A stretch of 64,000 bases of DNA from Octopus vulgaris (lineage: Eukaryota). The translations under genes were made by a program, and so were the position numbers. Below the pieces are notes generated by a model. It was not told the DNA's origin. It ran no database searches and saw only the letters and a program-made list of their open reading frames with translations. The stretch spans positions 20,584,001 through 20,648,000 of the forward strand of contig OX597815.1 of NCBI GenBank assembly GCA_951406725.2, written 5' to 3'. Of this stretch, positions 13,531 through 25,617 are shown piece by piece. The first letter of the stretch is position 1, and each line of letters opens with the position of its first letter.

Positions 13531-13670
13531 TATATATACATAGATACATACATAGATACATACATACATATATACATATATACATACATACATATATATA
13601 TATATATATGTATGTAAGAATGTATGTATGTATGTATGTATGTATGTATGTATGTATGTATGTATGTATG

Positions 13671-13770
13671 ATCCGCGCTACGTACGTTTCATAGCGAGCG
13701 GAACCTCACCTCCGAAGTGGTAAATATCTAAGCGAGATGTATACCGCGGACTACTCTTCAGGTCAAGGAT
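13671..13770 (-). ncRNA. Candidate type I hammerhead ribozyme
   Basis: ATCCTTGAC-CTGAAGA-GTAGTCCGCGG...CCGCTCGCTAT-GAAA-CGTACG-TA-GCGCGGAT. Confidence 0.5.
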
Positions 13771-14008
13771 ATCTTGATGAGATGAAACTTTACATTGTCG
13801 CAAGGAGGTACATGTTAATGCATGGAAGATTCTGTCAGAATCTTCCATGTGTTAACATGTACCTCCTTGCGATACCTCCTTAGTGACAATGTAACCTTTC
13901 ATTTCATCGAGATATGCTTGGCTTGGAGAGTAACCTGCGGTATACACCACACTTGGATATTTACCACATCCGAGGTTCCGATCGCAATGAAACCTATATA
14001 GCCCAGAT
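13671..14008. repeat. Long imperfect inverted repeat (fold-back hairpin)
   Basis: Arms 13671-13834 and 13836-14008 centred on GATTCTG-T-CAGAATC. Near-perfect proximally, with mismatches distally. Confidence 0.95.
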
Positions 14009-14239
14009 TTTATCTATTCCATTCCGTAACTCTTGTGTTCTTATTCGCACACCCGGCAACCTTGGTCACCTACCGTGAATTATAAAAATAACTTTTTTTA
14101 GTTTATCGTACTTCGATACGAAAAAATTCCCAACCTTTCGTCTCAATAAACCAATATTGTCCCTGAAAGTTGTTTTTTATATTTAAAACTGATTGTTTGA
14201 AGCTAACTTTCTTCTTACATCTCGATCCCTGGATCTTAC

Positions 14240-14277
<38 letters not shown>

Positions 14278-14281
<4 letters not shown>

Positions 14282-14425
14282 AGAATTTACGAAAAAAGAC
14301 AAAAGACGAAGACAGGTGGTGTACAAAACAAGCAGATGTATTAGTATAACGCTCAGGAATAGAAAAAGTCTTACGTTTCGAGCCTACGCTCTTCTACAGA
14401 AAGGGACACAGAAAAAAACAAGTAG
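14278..14425 (-). mobile_element. Penelope-like terminus with variant minimal hammerhead (second copy)
   Basis: Reverse complement of 13385-13530; HHR-like motif at 14372-14399. Confidence 0.65.
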
Positions 14426-14431
14426 AGAAAC

Positions 14432-14483
<52 letters not shown>

Positions 14484-14657
14484 TATACAATTTTTTGTAG
14501 AGATTGTTAACTTTAACAATGCTCAGAAACAGGCTAGAATTAAAGTGCTCTAATTGAGCTACGAGTAAGTTCCAATTTATGATTTCAATGGAGGCAATAC
14601 CAGCGGAACGTGTTAATTAATAATAATAATAATAATAGTGATAATAATAATAGTAAT

Positions 14658-14714
<57 letters not shown>

Positions 14715-15007
14715 AATAATATGTGTGTGTGTGTGTGTGTGTGTTACTCTTGTGGTGACATGTTCATAGAAATATTGTCAGGCTACATAGAATACAGAAC
14801 TGCCAAAGAAAGGAGAATGTGTTTGTACATTTCATCCATGACTGTGAGTACGAAAAAGCATATTTTGTCGGACTCGGGTTTCTTTGTATGTACGAGTGTA
14901 TATATACATAAATTTATTATTTTACTGTCAACATCTTTCTGTTTACTGGAAAGATAAAGATGTATGTGTACACATCTCATTTATGCTGAAACAATGTAAA
15001 TGTAAGC

Positions 15008-15348
<341 letters not shown>

Positions 15349-15811
15349 AAATACCAGCGTTTCTCCCGTTCCCTTACACATAAACTGTGCCTTTCCGCCA
15401 TCTTTCTTTTCTCTCACTTCCCACTCCCGCTTGCTACATACGCCACACTGTTTCTGTCTGTTTCTATGTGTGTGTATGCATGTATGTATATATATATATA
15501 TAGATATATATATATATATATATATATATACTTACTCTTTGATTGTCTATTCTATGCATTCAAACATATTTGCGACTCACTTCAGTCCAACGCTTTAACT
15601 TAATATACAAATATACCGACACAACGTCATGCTGTTTTACAATTTCTGTTGGATTGCCTGAAGTAATCTTTATTTAGATGTTCAACTGATTCAATTTTCG
15701 TCTGGGATTAACATTTTATAAATATGACGAAGTGCTATGGCGATTGGAGCAACTATGTTTCATATCACTTTCTTTTTGTTATGTGACATGATTTTTGTAT
15801 TACATCTGGTA

Positions 15812-16223
15812 TACTCTTTACTCTTTTACTCTTTTACTTGCTTCAGTCATTTGACTGCGGCCATGCTGGAGCACCGCCTTTAGTCGAGCACATCGACCCC
15901 AGGACTTATTCTTTTGTAAGCCCAGTACTTATTCTATCGGTCTCTTTTGCCGAACCGCTAAGTAACGGGGATATAAGCACACCAGCATCGGTTGTCAAGC
16001 AATGCTAGGGGGACAAACACACACACGCACATATAAATATATATATATATACATATATACGACGGGCTTCTTTCAGTTTCCGTCTACCAAATCCACTCAC
16101 AAGGTTTTGGTCGGCCCGAGGCTATAGTAGAAGACACTTGCCCAAGGTGCCACGCTGTAGGACTGAACACGGAACCATTTGTTTGGTAAACAAGCTACTT
16201 ACCACACAGCCACTCCTGCGCCT
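15812..16223 (-). mobile_element. SINE A, full length
   Basis: tRNA head, CORE-like ACCTTGGGCAAGT, central TA/CA microsatellite and (GTAAAAGA)n tail. Confidence 0.95.
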
Positions 16224-17349
16224 ATATTATTACTACTTCTTTTTTATTTAGTGACCGATCGACCTGCAGGAAATAGTGACCAAATGTTCATCAGATCACA
16301 TCCTTAGCCTGAGATAAAAGGTAAGAATGCAATGCATACATAGATCCAATGCCTAAAGTATAGATGGCATGGTTACGTCAAGAATGCTTACGACAATGGA
16401 AATATTTAGTTTCACAGATTAACTGATGCTTTGGGGATTACACAACAATCATTGAGATATTAAAAGTTAACAACCGTCCTGACAAGTTGGTTTTCACAAA
16501 AAGAAGTTAATCTCTGCATTAGTAAGTCATACGATCCAATGCTGGAACATTTTGCTAGTCGCATGATCTACTAGAAATAACAAATCGCATTCCACTCCCT
16601 TAACAAAAAGCACATTGGAAACACTAAACCTAAACCTGATGGTGTTGGTCATGGAAATCAAGCTACTCGATCACAGCTTATATGGAACGAATAATAATTA
16701 CAATATATTTAAAGATAATATATATGAAGATAACAACTACAATATATATGAACTACAAATACAATAACAACTACAATATATATGAAGATAATCAGTCCTT
16801 CTTTCATTTTTAACGTATGCAGAATCAGTCCAATGCCAAAATTTTAACCTGATAAACTTTACATACATTTCAACATAGCTCGGCGCTCCCCAGATTGTCC
16901 GTTCTTATTTGTTCCAAAAGCCTACCACAAGATAAGTGGAATAATGTTAAGTTTTGGCTAAAAGCTACTTCCGTTTTAGTAGTGGAGTCGAAATTTACGA
17001 TATTTAAGTTAAAGAGACATCATTTTATCCATTCGGATACTGGTGCTCCGTTATAAGAAAATGAATTCTTCGGATTACTAGGACGATGATAAGGAAGATA
17101 AGTTGGTGATCAGGCAAAAATAAAAGAGACTAAATATCCTACGATATTTAAATACACCTCTTTTTCGTTCTAAGATTAAATTCTACCACTGTTCACTTTT
17201 TGTGTGTTCCATATTGATTAAACAAATACTAATTATGTCCTATGATCTAATGAATCGACTATACCCCTAGTATATGGACTCGTCAAATATCAGAAATCAA
17301 CACTTCAATTTCTCATTATTCTCTCAAATTTTAGTAAAGACCAGCGGAT

Positions 17350-17512
17350 TTGAAAGGATTCCAGCACTTGACTGGTACCTATTTTATTGACCACGAAAGA
17401 GTGAAAGACAAAATCGATCTCGACTGAATTTAAACTCAGAACGTAGAGAGCCGAAAGGAATTCTGTGGAGCATTTTGCCCTGCGAAGTCACAAGTCAACC
17501 AGTTGACCGCCT
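17350..17512 (-). mobile_element. Degenerate SINE B
   Basis: ACTGGTACCTATTTTATTGACCACGAAAGAGTGAAAG...AACTCAGAACGTA matches the SINE B reverse complement. Confidence 0.65.
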
Positions 17513-18719
17513 ATAATTTTTAATAATATTGTTTGATACAATGAGAAAGTGGTATTGTTGAAACAACTTCAAAACCGAGTTTGGCTCACGTGACACTATC
17601 TAACAATAGTCTAATATCAAATTTTTCTGGGCTAACTTTAAAAATCATGACTTCACCTTCAACTTCTCAGGAGATCAGTAGGAAAATATCAGTTATATAA
17701 TGGGGTTCATTTACTAAAATCTACACCAGACTTTCGTTCTAAAAACTAGCATTGTGGCTAAGAATCACTATATCATATACAACAGGAAAGTGCACTGGTG
17801 AACATTTTAGAGCATTGTGATATTGTTATGAATTTCTACGTTCTGGTTTCGAATCCCGCTTAGACGACTCCGTTTTTTTAAAATTTTTACTTTAGGATAC
17901 AATAAAAGAAATATCAGCCGGTTAAATAAACGATACCCTCTCACTAAATTTGAGACCTGGAAATCAATATATTATGCATGTAATTTGTGTCAATGAACAC
18001 TAAAAATTTAAATATTTCACAGTTATTACTGAAAAGAGGGAATACTTAAATATTGATGTTTAAATTATATTCTTTTTATTGAGCAACGATTAATAAATAT
18101 GAAATAAGGACATGTAAAATAATATAAAGATGATTACACGTGTAATCTTCTATAATTTCATTTTTATTTTGTTCTTTTAGGTTTTTAAATTATTTCATCG
18201 CCCTCATAATTGAACTCCAACGATGCTGAGGTATTGCCTTCAGGGATTTAATCTATCATTATTTTCCTGCAATTTATATTATCCATCTCGGAAAATGAGA
18301 AAAGGTACAGTGAACCGGACCTAAAAAGCGACAACCGATACAGATGAAAATAGTACAGAATATTTTTATTTGACGCACCTATTTGTTTTTGCCGTCCAGT
18401 GCCAAAACACGTACACATGCAATAGAGGGAGATGAAGAGGGAGAGGTAGAGAGAGAAATGATTTGGAAGTTGGCATTCCCAAAAAGTAACAGATGTTAGA
18501 TATTTCTGTAAGCTTGCAAACGCACACATATAAAACAGACATGCATATCTACATAAATACATACATATATACAATATGAACACACATGTAGACATGCATA
18601 CAAACATAAATAAACATATACGTAGATAGATATATATCCACATACATATGTTCACTTCAAGATACATATATACACCATAACGTATAAACGCATACAAATA
18701 TATTGAAAACTGTCGAAGA

Positions 18720-20251
18720 AATTGTACAATTAATTAATATAATATAATTATGTGTAATATAAATATATAAATATAAAAAAAAATTTGAAATTTAAAATTT
18801 AAATATGAAAATGAGTAAAAAATGAGTAAAAATTTAAGCTCGGCAAAATTAAAATTAAAATTTGCAAAGCAGTCGAAAGCTTTCTTAAAAGACAATGGTA
18901 AAATATGAAGGCGAAATATGTACCTGCATTGTAATACTAAAAGACGTGTATATTTTAGGTGTTCAGGCCAAATTCAAATGCAAAAGTAAAAAAATTACCC
19001 ATACAATATTTTTTCAGTTGACATTTTAAACCTCGTAGCGTGCCTGCAGGAATTTAAAAGCTCTCGTCTTTGGTTCAATGCATGTTTATCCTGAAACAGG
19101 ATGAAGAGTTTTTCAGAGAGACAGAGCTTGCATCTCCTTGGTCCTCTATATGCTCCATGTTCATATGGTGCTGTTTTCTCCAAAATTGTCCAACTGATAT
19201 TGAAAGGACGAGTATCATTTACCTTCAATTGCCAGACATGTTTTGCCCGATTTATTGCTGTCATATTTCGGGGTATCAAAATGAATTTCGGTGGGAATAA
19301 AATCCAGTCTTGAATTTTCCGAAGCTCCTGTGTATATTTTATATATAGAAAAAAAATTGACAAGTCAGTCAGTCGCCCGCTGACACTCGTTAACGCTACA
19401 TCAAAGAGGCCAGGGAAAAGAAGAAAGAAGACATGCACCCAACACCAGAGCTGAAGACACCTCCGAAAGGGGGGGGGGGATGCCACGTCAAAACGGTAGA
19501 GGAATAGCGGCCGAAACCGGATGTGGTTCCTCCTGATGATGTCTTGAGCTAACTGGATCCTATAAAGGAGCTGTTGTGGTAGCAGACCATGAAACACAGT
19601 TGAAATTCCTCCTGAGTCATCTATTTGTACTTTAGCTCTATAAACTATTCCTTTCTCTAGATATTTTTCTTCTAACGGACAGCAACTCTGATCTTTGAAA
19701 TTGCGAGTCTTCTGGTTAAATTCAGGACCGAGGGGTTGCTTCTAATGATTTTCGTGCTGTGCTGATTAATTAAAGAGGCGAAGTTTTGCAACATGAATAG
19801 CAAACCTTCAGCGTTCTCCTATTAAAAATTCCATAGAACTCAGAGCTAGTTTGAAAATGTTTAGAAACTAGTTTTAATAATTCTCTACCTATATCTGTTT
19901 TTACAGCAATGTTAAATGCCGGATTAAACCACAAATCTTTCCTAGTTCTAGTTCTACGTGTTCTATTATTGCTAGTAGTAGTTTGACTATACTGGATCTT
20001 CTCCGAGAATCCACTGTTCCTTAATACTTTATTATAATACGGTGCAGCATTTTGAAACGCTGGGTGATATGGATGATATGCACCTTCCTACATTACTAAT
20101 TAGATCCTTCGGAATTACGGGAGGATGATTTGACTATTTGTTAATATAAAATATCGTTTCATTGGGCTTACGGTAGGGCTTAAATTTATCTAATTACAAA
20201 TCTAAGTTAGTATCTAAATATCTTCATCATTAAGGTTACTATCGTTATTCG
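18720..20251 (-). mobile_element. Penelope-like retroelement remnant (RT thumb plus GIY-YIG endonuclease)
   Basis: KPYRKPNETIFYINK*SNHPPV...APYYNKVLRNSGF; WFNPAF...; CPLEEKYLEKGIVYRAKV; YTGASE/FKTGFYSHRNSF; KHVWQLK...WTIL...CKLCLSEKLFI...LNQRRELLNSCRH. Confidence 0.9.
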
Positions 20252-20270
20252 TATATATATATATATATAT

Positions 20271-20491
20271 AAAATAGAAAAGAGTGAAAAAACTACAGAA
20301 GGCTTGTTTTATATGGTTAAAGAATATATTTAAGTCGTTATGTTAGAAGAATGTTATAAAATTTTTTCATATAGTAACACTATGTTACTATATGAAAAAA
20401 TTTTATAACATTCTTCTAACATAACAACTTAGATATATTCTTTAACCATATAAAACAAGCCTTCTGTAGTTTTTTCATTCTTTTCTATTTT
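20271..20491. repeat. 109-bp-arm near-perfect hairpin
   Basis: Arms 20271-20379 and 20383-20491, 3-nt loop, three mismatches seen; embedded in (TA)n. Confidence 0.97.
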
Positions 20492-20676
20492 CTATATATC
20501 CAACCACGTGCTTTCACACTCCAACTTTCTCACCTATATATATATATATATATATACGAATATATATATATATGTGTGTGTGTATGAGTGTATTTATGTA
20601 TGTATGTGTGTGCGTGTGTGTATGTGTACGCGTGCATGCGCGCGTGCGCGTGTATAGACATCACCGTGTTAAATAT

Positions 20677-20902
20677 ATATTTCTTTACTACCCATAAGGG
20701 GCTAAACACAGAGGGGACAAACAAGTACAGACAAAGGGATTAATTCGAATACATCGATCCCTGTGCGTAACTGGTACTTAATTTATCGACCCCGAAAGGA
20801 TGAAAGGCAAAGTCGACCTCGGTGGAATTTGAATTCGGAACGCAACGACAGACGAAATACGGCTACGAATTTCGCCCGGCGTGCTAACGTTTCTACCAGC
20901 TC
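20677..20902 (-). mobile_element. SINE B
   Basis: Reverse complement of the family B sequence; TSD CGTGTTAAATATA on both sides. Confidence 0.92.
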
Positions 20903-21384
20903 GCGTGTTAAATATAGATGTATACACCTTTATTTTAGTCACCGCTGCTTAGCGTGCCCCTAATTAACGCACACATATACAAACATATATTACTGGTGTA
21001 CTAATAGTGCTTCATTTCATTGCCATAATGTACTTTAGAACATTGCTACGGATTCTTAACCAACACTCTGTTACGACGAATGTAAACCTTACGCCTATAC
21101 GCTCGTGGACACAATCCATTTGTGGTCAGGGGAAAAACAACAACTGTAAATGCTGCACGATTCAACACTGCTTGGAGTGTCGTGTACCTCCCTTAACTAT
21201 CCACGAACACTGACATAAGTAGCTAAAGTAAACTGACCAGACTGTTTTGCATTTTGAACATTAAATTACTGGTATTTTAACAGTGTTTCGTTTCGCCGCT
21301 ATGATGTACTGTAAAACGCATCAACATATTTTTAGCCAACACTGAATGTTACTTCGAATGTGAGCATTACGTATGTATGTAGAT

Positions 21385-21580
21385 CTCTTTTACTCTTTTA
21401 CTTGTTTCAGTCATTTGACTGCGGCCATACTGGAGCAAATCGACCCCAGGACTTATTCTTTGTTAGCCTAGTACTTAATCTATCGGTCTCTTTTGCCGAA
21501 CCGCTACGTTACGGGGACGTAAACACACCAGCATCGGTTGTCAAGCGATGTTGGGGCGACAAACACAGACACACACACAG

Positions 21581-21625
<45 letters not shown>

Positions 21626-21797
21626 CATATATACGAACGGCTTCTCTCAGTTTCCGTCTACAAAATCCACTCACAAGGCTTTGGTTGGCCCGTGGCTATA
21701 GTAGAAGACACTTGCCCAAGGTGCCACGCACTGGGACTGAACCCGGAACCATGTGGTTGGTAAGCAAGCTACTTACCACACAGCCACTCCTGCGCCT
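21385..21797 (-). mobile_element. SINE A, full length
   Basis: Homologous to 15812-16223. Confidence 0.95.
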
Positions 21798-22711
21798 ATT
21801 TATCATTACATTCATCATAACACGTAGTTTTGGCTAAAATATCTATAGGTATCTTCTAGAGTACATTACAACAATATATACCGATGGTACACCTTCATCA
21901 ATAAGGGCACAAAGTCTTCATATACGATACGCATTTATGCTTCAGAGGCCAAACAAAAATTCCACGAAGCCAGGTCAGCCGGCTTCTCCAATGGAGCCAT
22001 TGATTCTATGTACCTTACATGCTGCCGTTATTCACGTGCAATATTCAACCTCATTAGTCTTCTACAAACATGTATTACTTAAGTAATCGCATAGTCAAAT
22101 TCCCTGTCATCATCGATCAACGATAGATAAATATAAGTCAATGCAATAGCAGATTGAAAGTGTCGACACCTCTCATTTCGATATTCTATATTGATTTGAT
22201 GATAGGTTAAGACAGTTGATATTATATATCGGCCCGGGAGCAGGTCGAAACAGTTGACAGCTCTCACACTGGTATTATAGATATCCAATGTGGAGCATCA
22301 GGCAGTTGACATCTTTCACTTTGATATCATTAACATATATCCAACAGCGAGTTGAGTTAGTTGAGATCTCTCACATCCAATCTCTCTATTAACATTAATT
22401 CTCTTTATCAATACCAACACTTTAAATAAAATAAAAATAAACCTGTTATTACTTTACGTGGCTTAAATGAAATTAAAGGAAGATCTGAAAAGGTTTCATT
22501 GGCATTTTATTGTCAGGAACGACATGAACCCGATTTTTCAACGAAGCCATGAAAATAATAACAACGTTGATGATGATTCGACAACGATGATAAATATGAC
22601 GATGACGATGACGATGATGATGATGATGACGATGATGATAATTTCATTGCCAAAAGAGTACTGTAATTCCAAGGACAAAATTCAAAAACAGTGAAATTTA
22701 TATATCGGGTA

Positions 22712-23233
22712 CCGTAAATCCTCGAGTATAATCCGCACTCCCCCCCCCACAAATTTAAAGGTCAAAATCACTAGTGCGTACTATATACGAGGTTACAAAT
22801 GAAAATTATTTTCTAAGTAATGTCTGAGTTTCTATTTGTTGCCCAGCAATGTTTATTCAGACGCATTCTGTGATGTCGGGCGCGAAAATACCTTAAGCTA
22901 AGCCTGAAAGCAATGAAGTCATACAAGAATCATCCATAACTTGCAGTAAGCAACATTTATTAAACGTTATTACTGTTATTACTGTTATTTCTTTATTTTC
23001 TGCAAACAAAATGCACAAAAAAGCTACACGTTTGCATTATGTTATATATACAATAATAATAAAGGACGTTACCGTATACAATTTTACAAACCAAGGACGT
23101 TATATAGACCTCCTTGACTAAAGTTAGAGAAGGAGTGCGTATTATACACAAGGTTTAGGTTTTTCAGAGGTACAGCCCCTAAAAATCCCCTGCGTATTAT
23201 ACTCAAGGGCGGACTATACTCGAGGATGTACGG
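22712..23233. mobile_element. Non-autonomous Tc1/mariner-superfamily MITE (pogo/Tc2-like)
   Basis: TIR CCGTAAATCCTCGAGTATAATCCGC / GCGGACTATACTCGAGGATGTACGG with TA TSD and subterminal repeats. Confidence 0.92.
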
Positions 23234-24064
23234 TACACAAAGAAAATAACTAAAGTAAACTAATAAGCAAAAAGGGTTTGGGATGATAGTAAATGTAATA
23301 AATGATAATAATGACTAATAAATATTTGATGATAGATAATAGCTAATAAATATCAAATCAAAATAATTATCAATATTCATCTAGAACCAAATCGCATGTA
23401 TTAATAAATAAACACATTGTCTTTCTTAGTGCAAAATATCAGGAGTTATAAAAATACTTGGAAAAAGCTAGTTGTTATGTAACAGTAACAACGGCCAGAA
23501 GAAACGCAACAGGATGCAAGGAAAGACTAACAATGCAAAGTGGATCAGTGGCTACCAGTCCACAAGCCATCCACCACGCCATTGTTTATATCAGAGAAGC
23601 GGTTCGTTCTGTATAGAATTAAACTACGTTGTGGTCAACAATATGTCATTAATGAAGAAGCGGACTGTGAGAGAACAAAGGATGGACATTAAAGACAAAA
23701 GGGCTTATAGAAAGAAATCGGCCTGACCTGAAAGTTAGAGGGCACGGGAAACAAAATGAAGCAGACGAGGATAAGGGAAATGAAGAGATTATAAACCCGA
23801 TTAACGTAGATTATGTGGTGTGTTATGCAATGAGACATGTAGTTTACTTGGACGTGTTACGGTTTAAGGATGCCATATAATCCTATTAACTTGCGGTTTT
23901 TCCGTGCTTCTCCTACTTGCCAATCTGTCGCCTGGTTTCGTTTATGATGCATGCTGGGGGAGAGAGGAGCTGGGGAATGGAAGTCAGCGACCTTCAGCGA
24001 TATTTAAAGTCGAACAATTGACTTCCACTACGAGTGGTCCTAAGGCACTTTGCACTGACTTTCT

Positions 24065-24097
<33 letters not shown>

Positions 24098-24409
24098 TTC
24101 AGTAATAAATATTTTCATGACTTGAGGGTAAAAAAAATAAATTACTTACAAAAGACAATAAAAATATTTATCCTGAAAGCTTAGTTTTAAAAATAAAAGC
24201 AATTATACATTCAGTATGAAATGTGTGAAATATTTTCTGTATTATCACATACCCATATACGCAAACACTTATCATACACATGCACATGTGCACAAATACA
24301 TATCAATACACATATTCAAATGCACATAAGCATATAATTGTGAAATGTATGTAAATGTAGGTATTTATTAAAAAATATCAGATGTATATACTATACGTAT
24401 TTTCTTTTT

Positions 24410-24616
24410 TTCTTTACTTGTTTCAGTCATTTGACTGCGGCGATGCTGGAGCACCGCCTTCAGAAGAACAAATCGACGCCAGGACTTATTAATTGTAAGC
24501 CTAGTACTTATTTTATCATCTCTTTTGATGAACCGCTAGGTTACGGGACATAAACACACGAGCATCGGTTGTCAGGCGATGGTGGGGGAACAAGCACAGG
24601 CACACAAATACATACA

Positions 24617-24620
<4 letters not shown>
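24410..24620 (-). mobile_element. SINE A, 3' half
   Basis: TTACTTGTTTCAGTCATTTGACTGCGGC... ends at the central microsatellite. Confidence 0.9.
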
Positions 24621-24704
<84 letters not shown>

Positions 24705-24784
24705 GGAGTAAACATATAAATGTGAAAAAAGGTGGAAAAAAAGAGTACTCAAATACCAGGCGTAGAGTAAAATGCTTTATTTAA

Positions 24785-25353
24785 CCCCTTACCCAACAAT
24801 TATTTTGAAAATAAATGTATTTTTTCAGACATATTTTTTAATTGTTTTATTTTACTATGTTTTGAATGGTGATTTCGAGGTATATTTCAAACCTTATTTA
24901 TTATGAATTTTAATTCAATAATATTGATTTTAAATTACCGCTTTGGGCAGAAACGAGTTAACCCGTTTTTTTCATAAATCATATTACTTTTACAAAAAAT
25001 CATGTTATTTTATTTGGTTATCGACATGGTGGGGTTATAATATAAAGGTATAAAAAAACAACGTAAAAACAAAGTGAATACTTCTATTCATAAAATGTGC
25101 CTTCCAACCCTTCGACTGTTTCCAGGTGACTAAATCGTACTCGGTTTTCAATGCCTTACTCAAGCGAAAGGTGGCAGAAATCGTCACTGCCAGACGTATA
25201 AAGTGAGCGAATATACTCGTATATGTCAAAAAAGAGTTTATAATAGACAAAGGAACTCGTTTGCTGTCGATTTTGGCGAGTTAACTCGCCAGAGATAGAA
25301 AAAAAAAACGATTTCGGTCAAAACGCATATATTCGTTTCTGCCGGGTAAGGGG
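24785..25353. mobile_element. piggyBac-like non-autonomous element
   Basis: TTAA TSD at 24781 and 25354; TIR CCCCTTACCC / GGGTAAGGGG. Confidence 0.88.
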
Positions 25354-25356
25354 TTA

Positions 25357-25443
25357 AAAGCAGCAGAAATTTAACTAAACTGTCCGACGAACGGGAACGT
25401 GAAACTTCGAGTAATAGGTTTTGTTGAATTTCTGCTGCTTTTA
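25357..25443 (+). ncRNA. Type I hammerhead fold with CCGACGA core
   Basis: CTGT-CCGACGA-ACG(GGAA)CGT-GAA-ACT(TCG)AGT-A-ATAG inside an inverted repeat of about 30 bp. Confidence 0.65.
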
Positions 25444-25449
25444 AGTAAA

Positions 25450-25487
<38 letters not shown>

Positions 25488-25617
25488 TAGCGTACATTTA
25501 AAGACAAAAGAGGTGAGCCTTAACAGGTCGCCTTACATACGAGAAGGAACAGTCAAAAGGCCTAAACCACACTTAAGAGCAATTTCGAAGGGAATGAAAA
25601 ATATAAGCATTTACCTT

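Larger units (their letters stand above)
13613..14240 (+). mobile_element. Solo LTR-like element
   Basis: TGTAAGA...TCTTACA terminal inverted repeats, flanks TGTA/TTTA (possible 4-bp TSD with one mismatch), TATAAAA at 14081 and AATAAA at 14145. Confidence 0.55.
24703..25452. mobile_element. Penelope-like terminal element interrupted by a piggyBac-like MITE
   Basis: Flanked by (TA)n. Removing the MITE restores the inverted repeat ATGCTTTATTTAAAAGCAGCAG / CTGCTGCTTTTAAGTAAAGTAT around an HHR. Confidence 0.6.

Noticed and set aside
13718-13884. Short reading frames in the hairpin arms (YTADYSSGQGYLDEMK versus YTAGYSPSQAYLDEMK)
   Set aside because: A few synonymous-looking differences, but the frames are short, broken by indels and equally explained by wobble-preserving transitions.
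19450-19545. CTGAAGA/GAAA and GAAA/CTGATGA motifs in the GC-rich insert
   Set aside because: The required stems I or II cannot form.
20988-21345. Two diverged 80-bp copies about 277 bp apart
   Set aside because: Old local duplication with no further structure.
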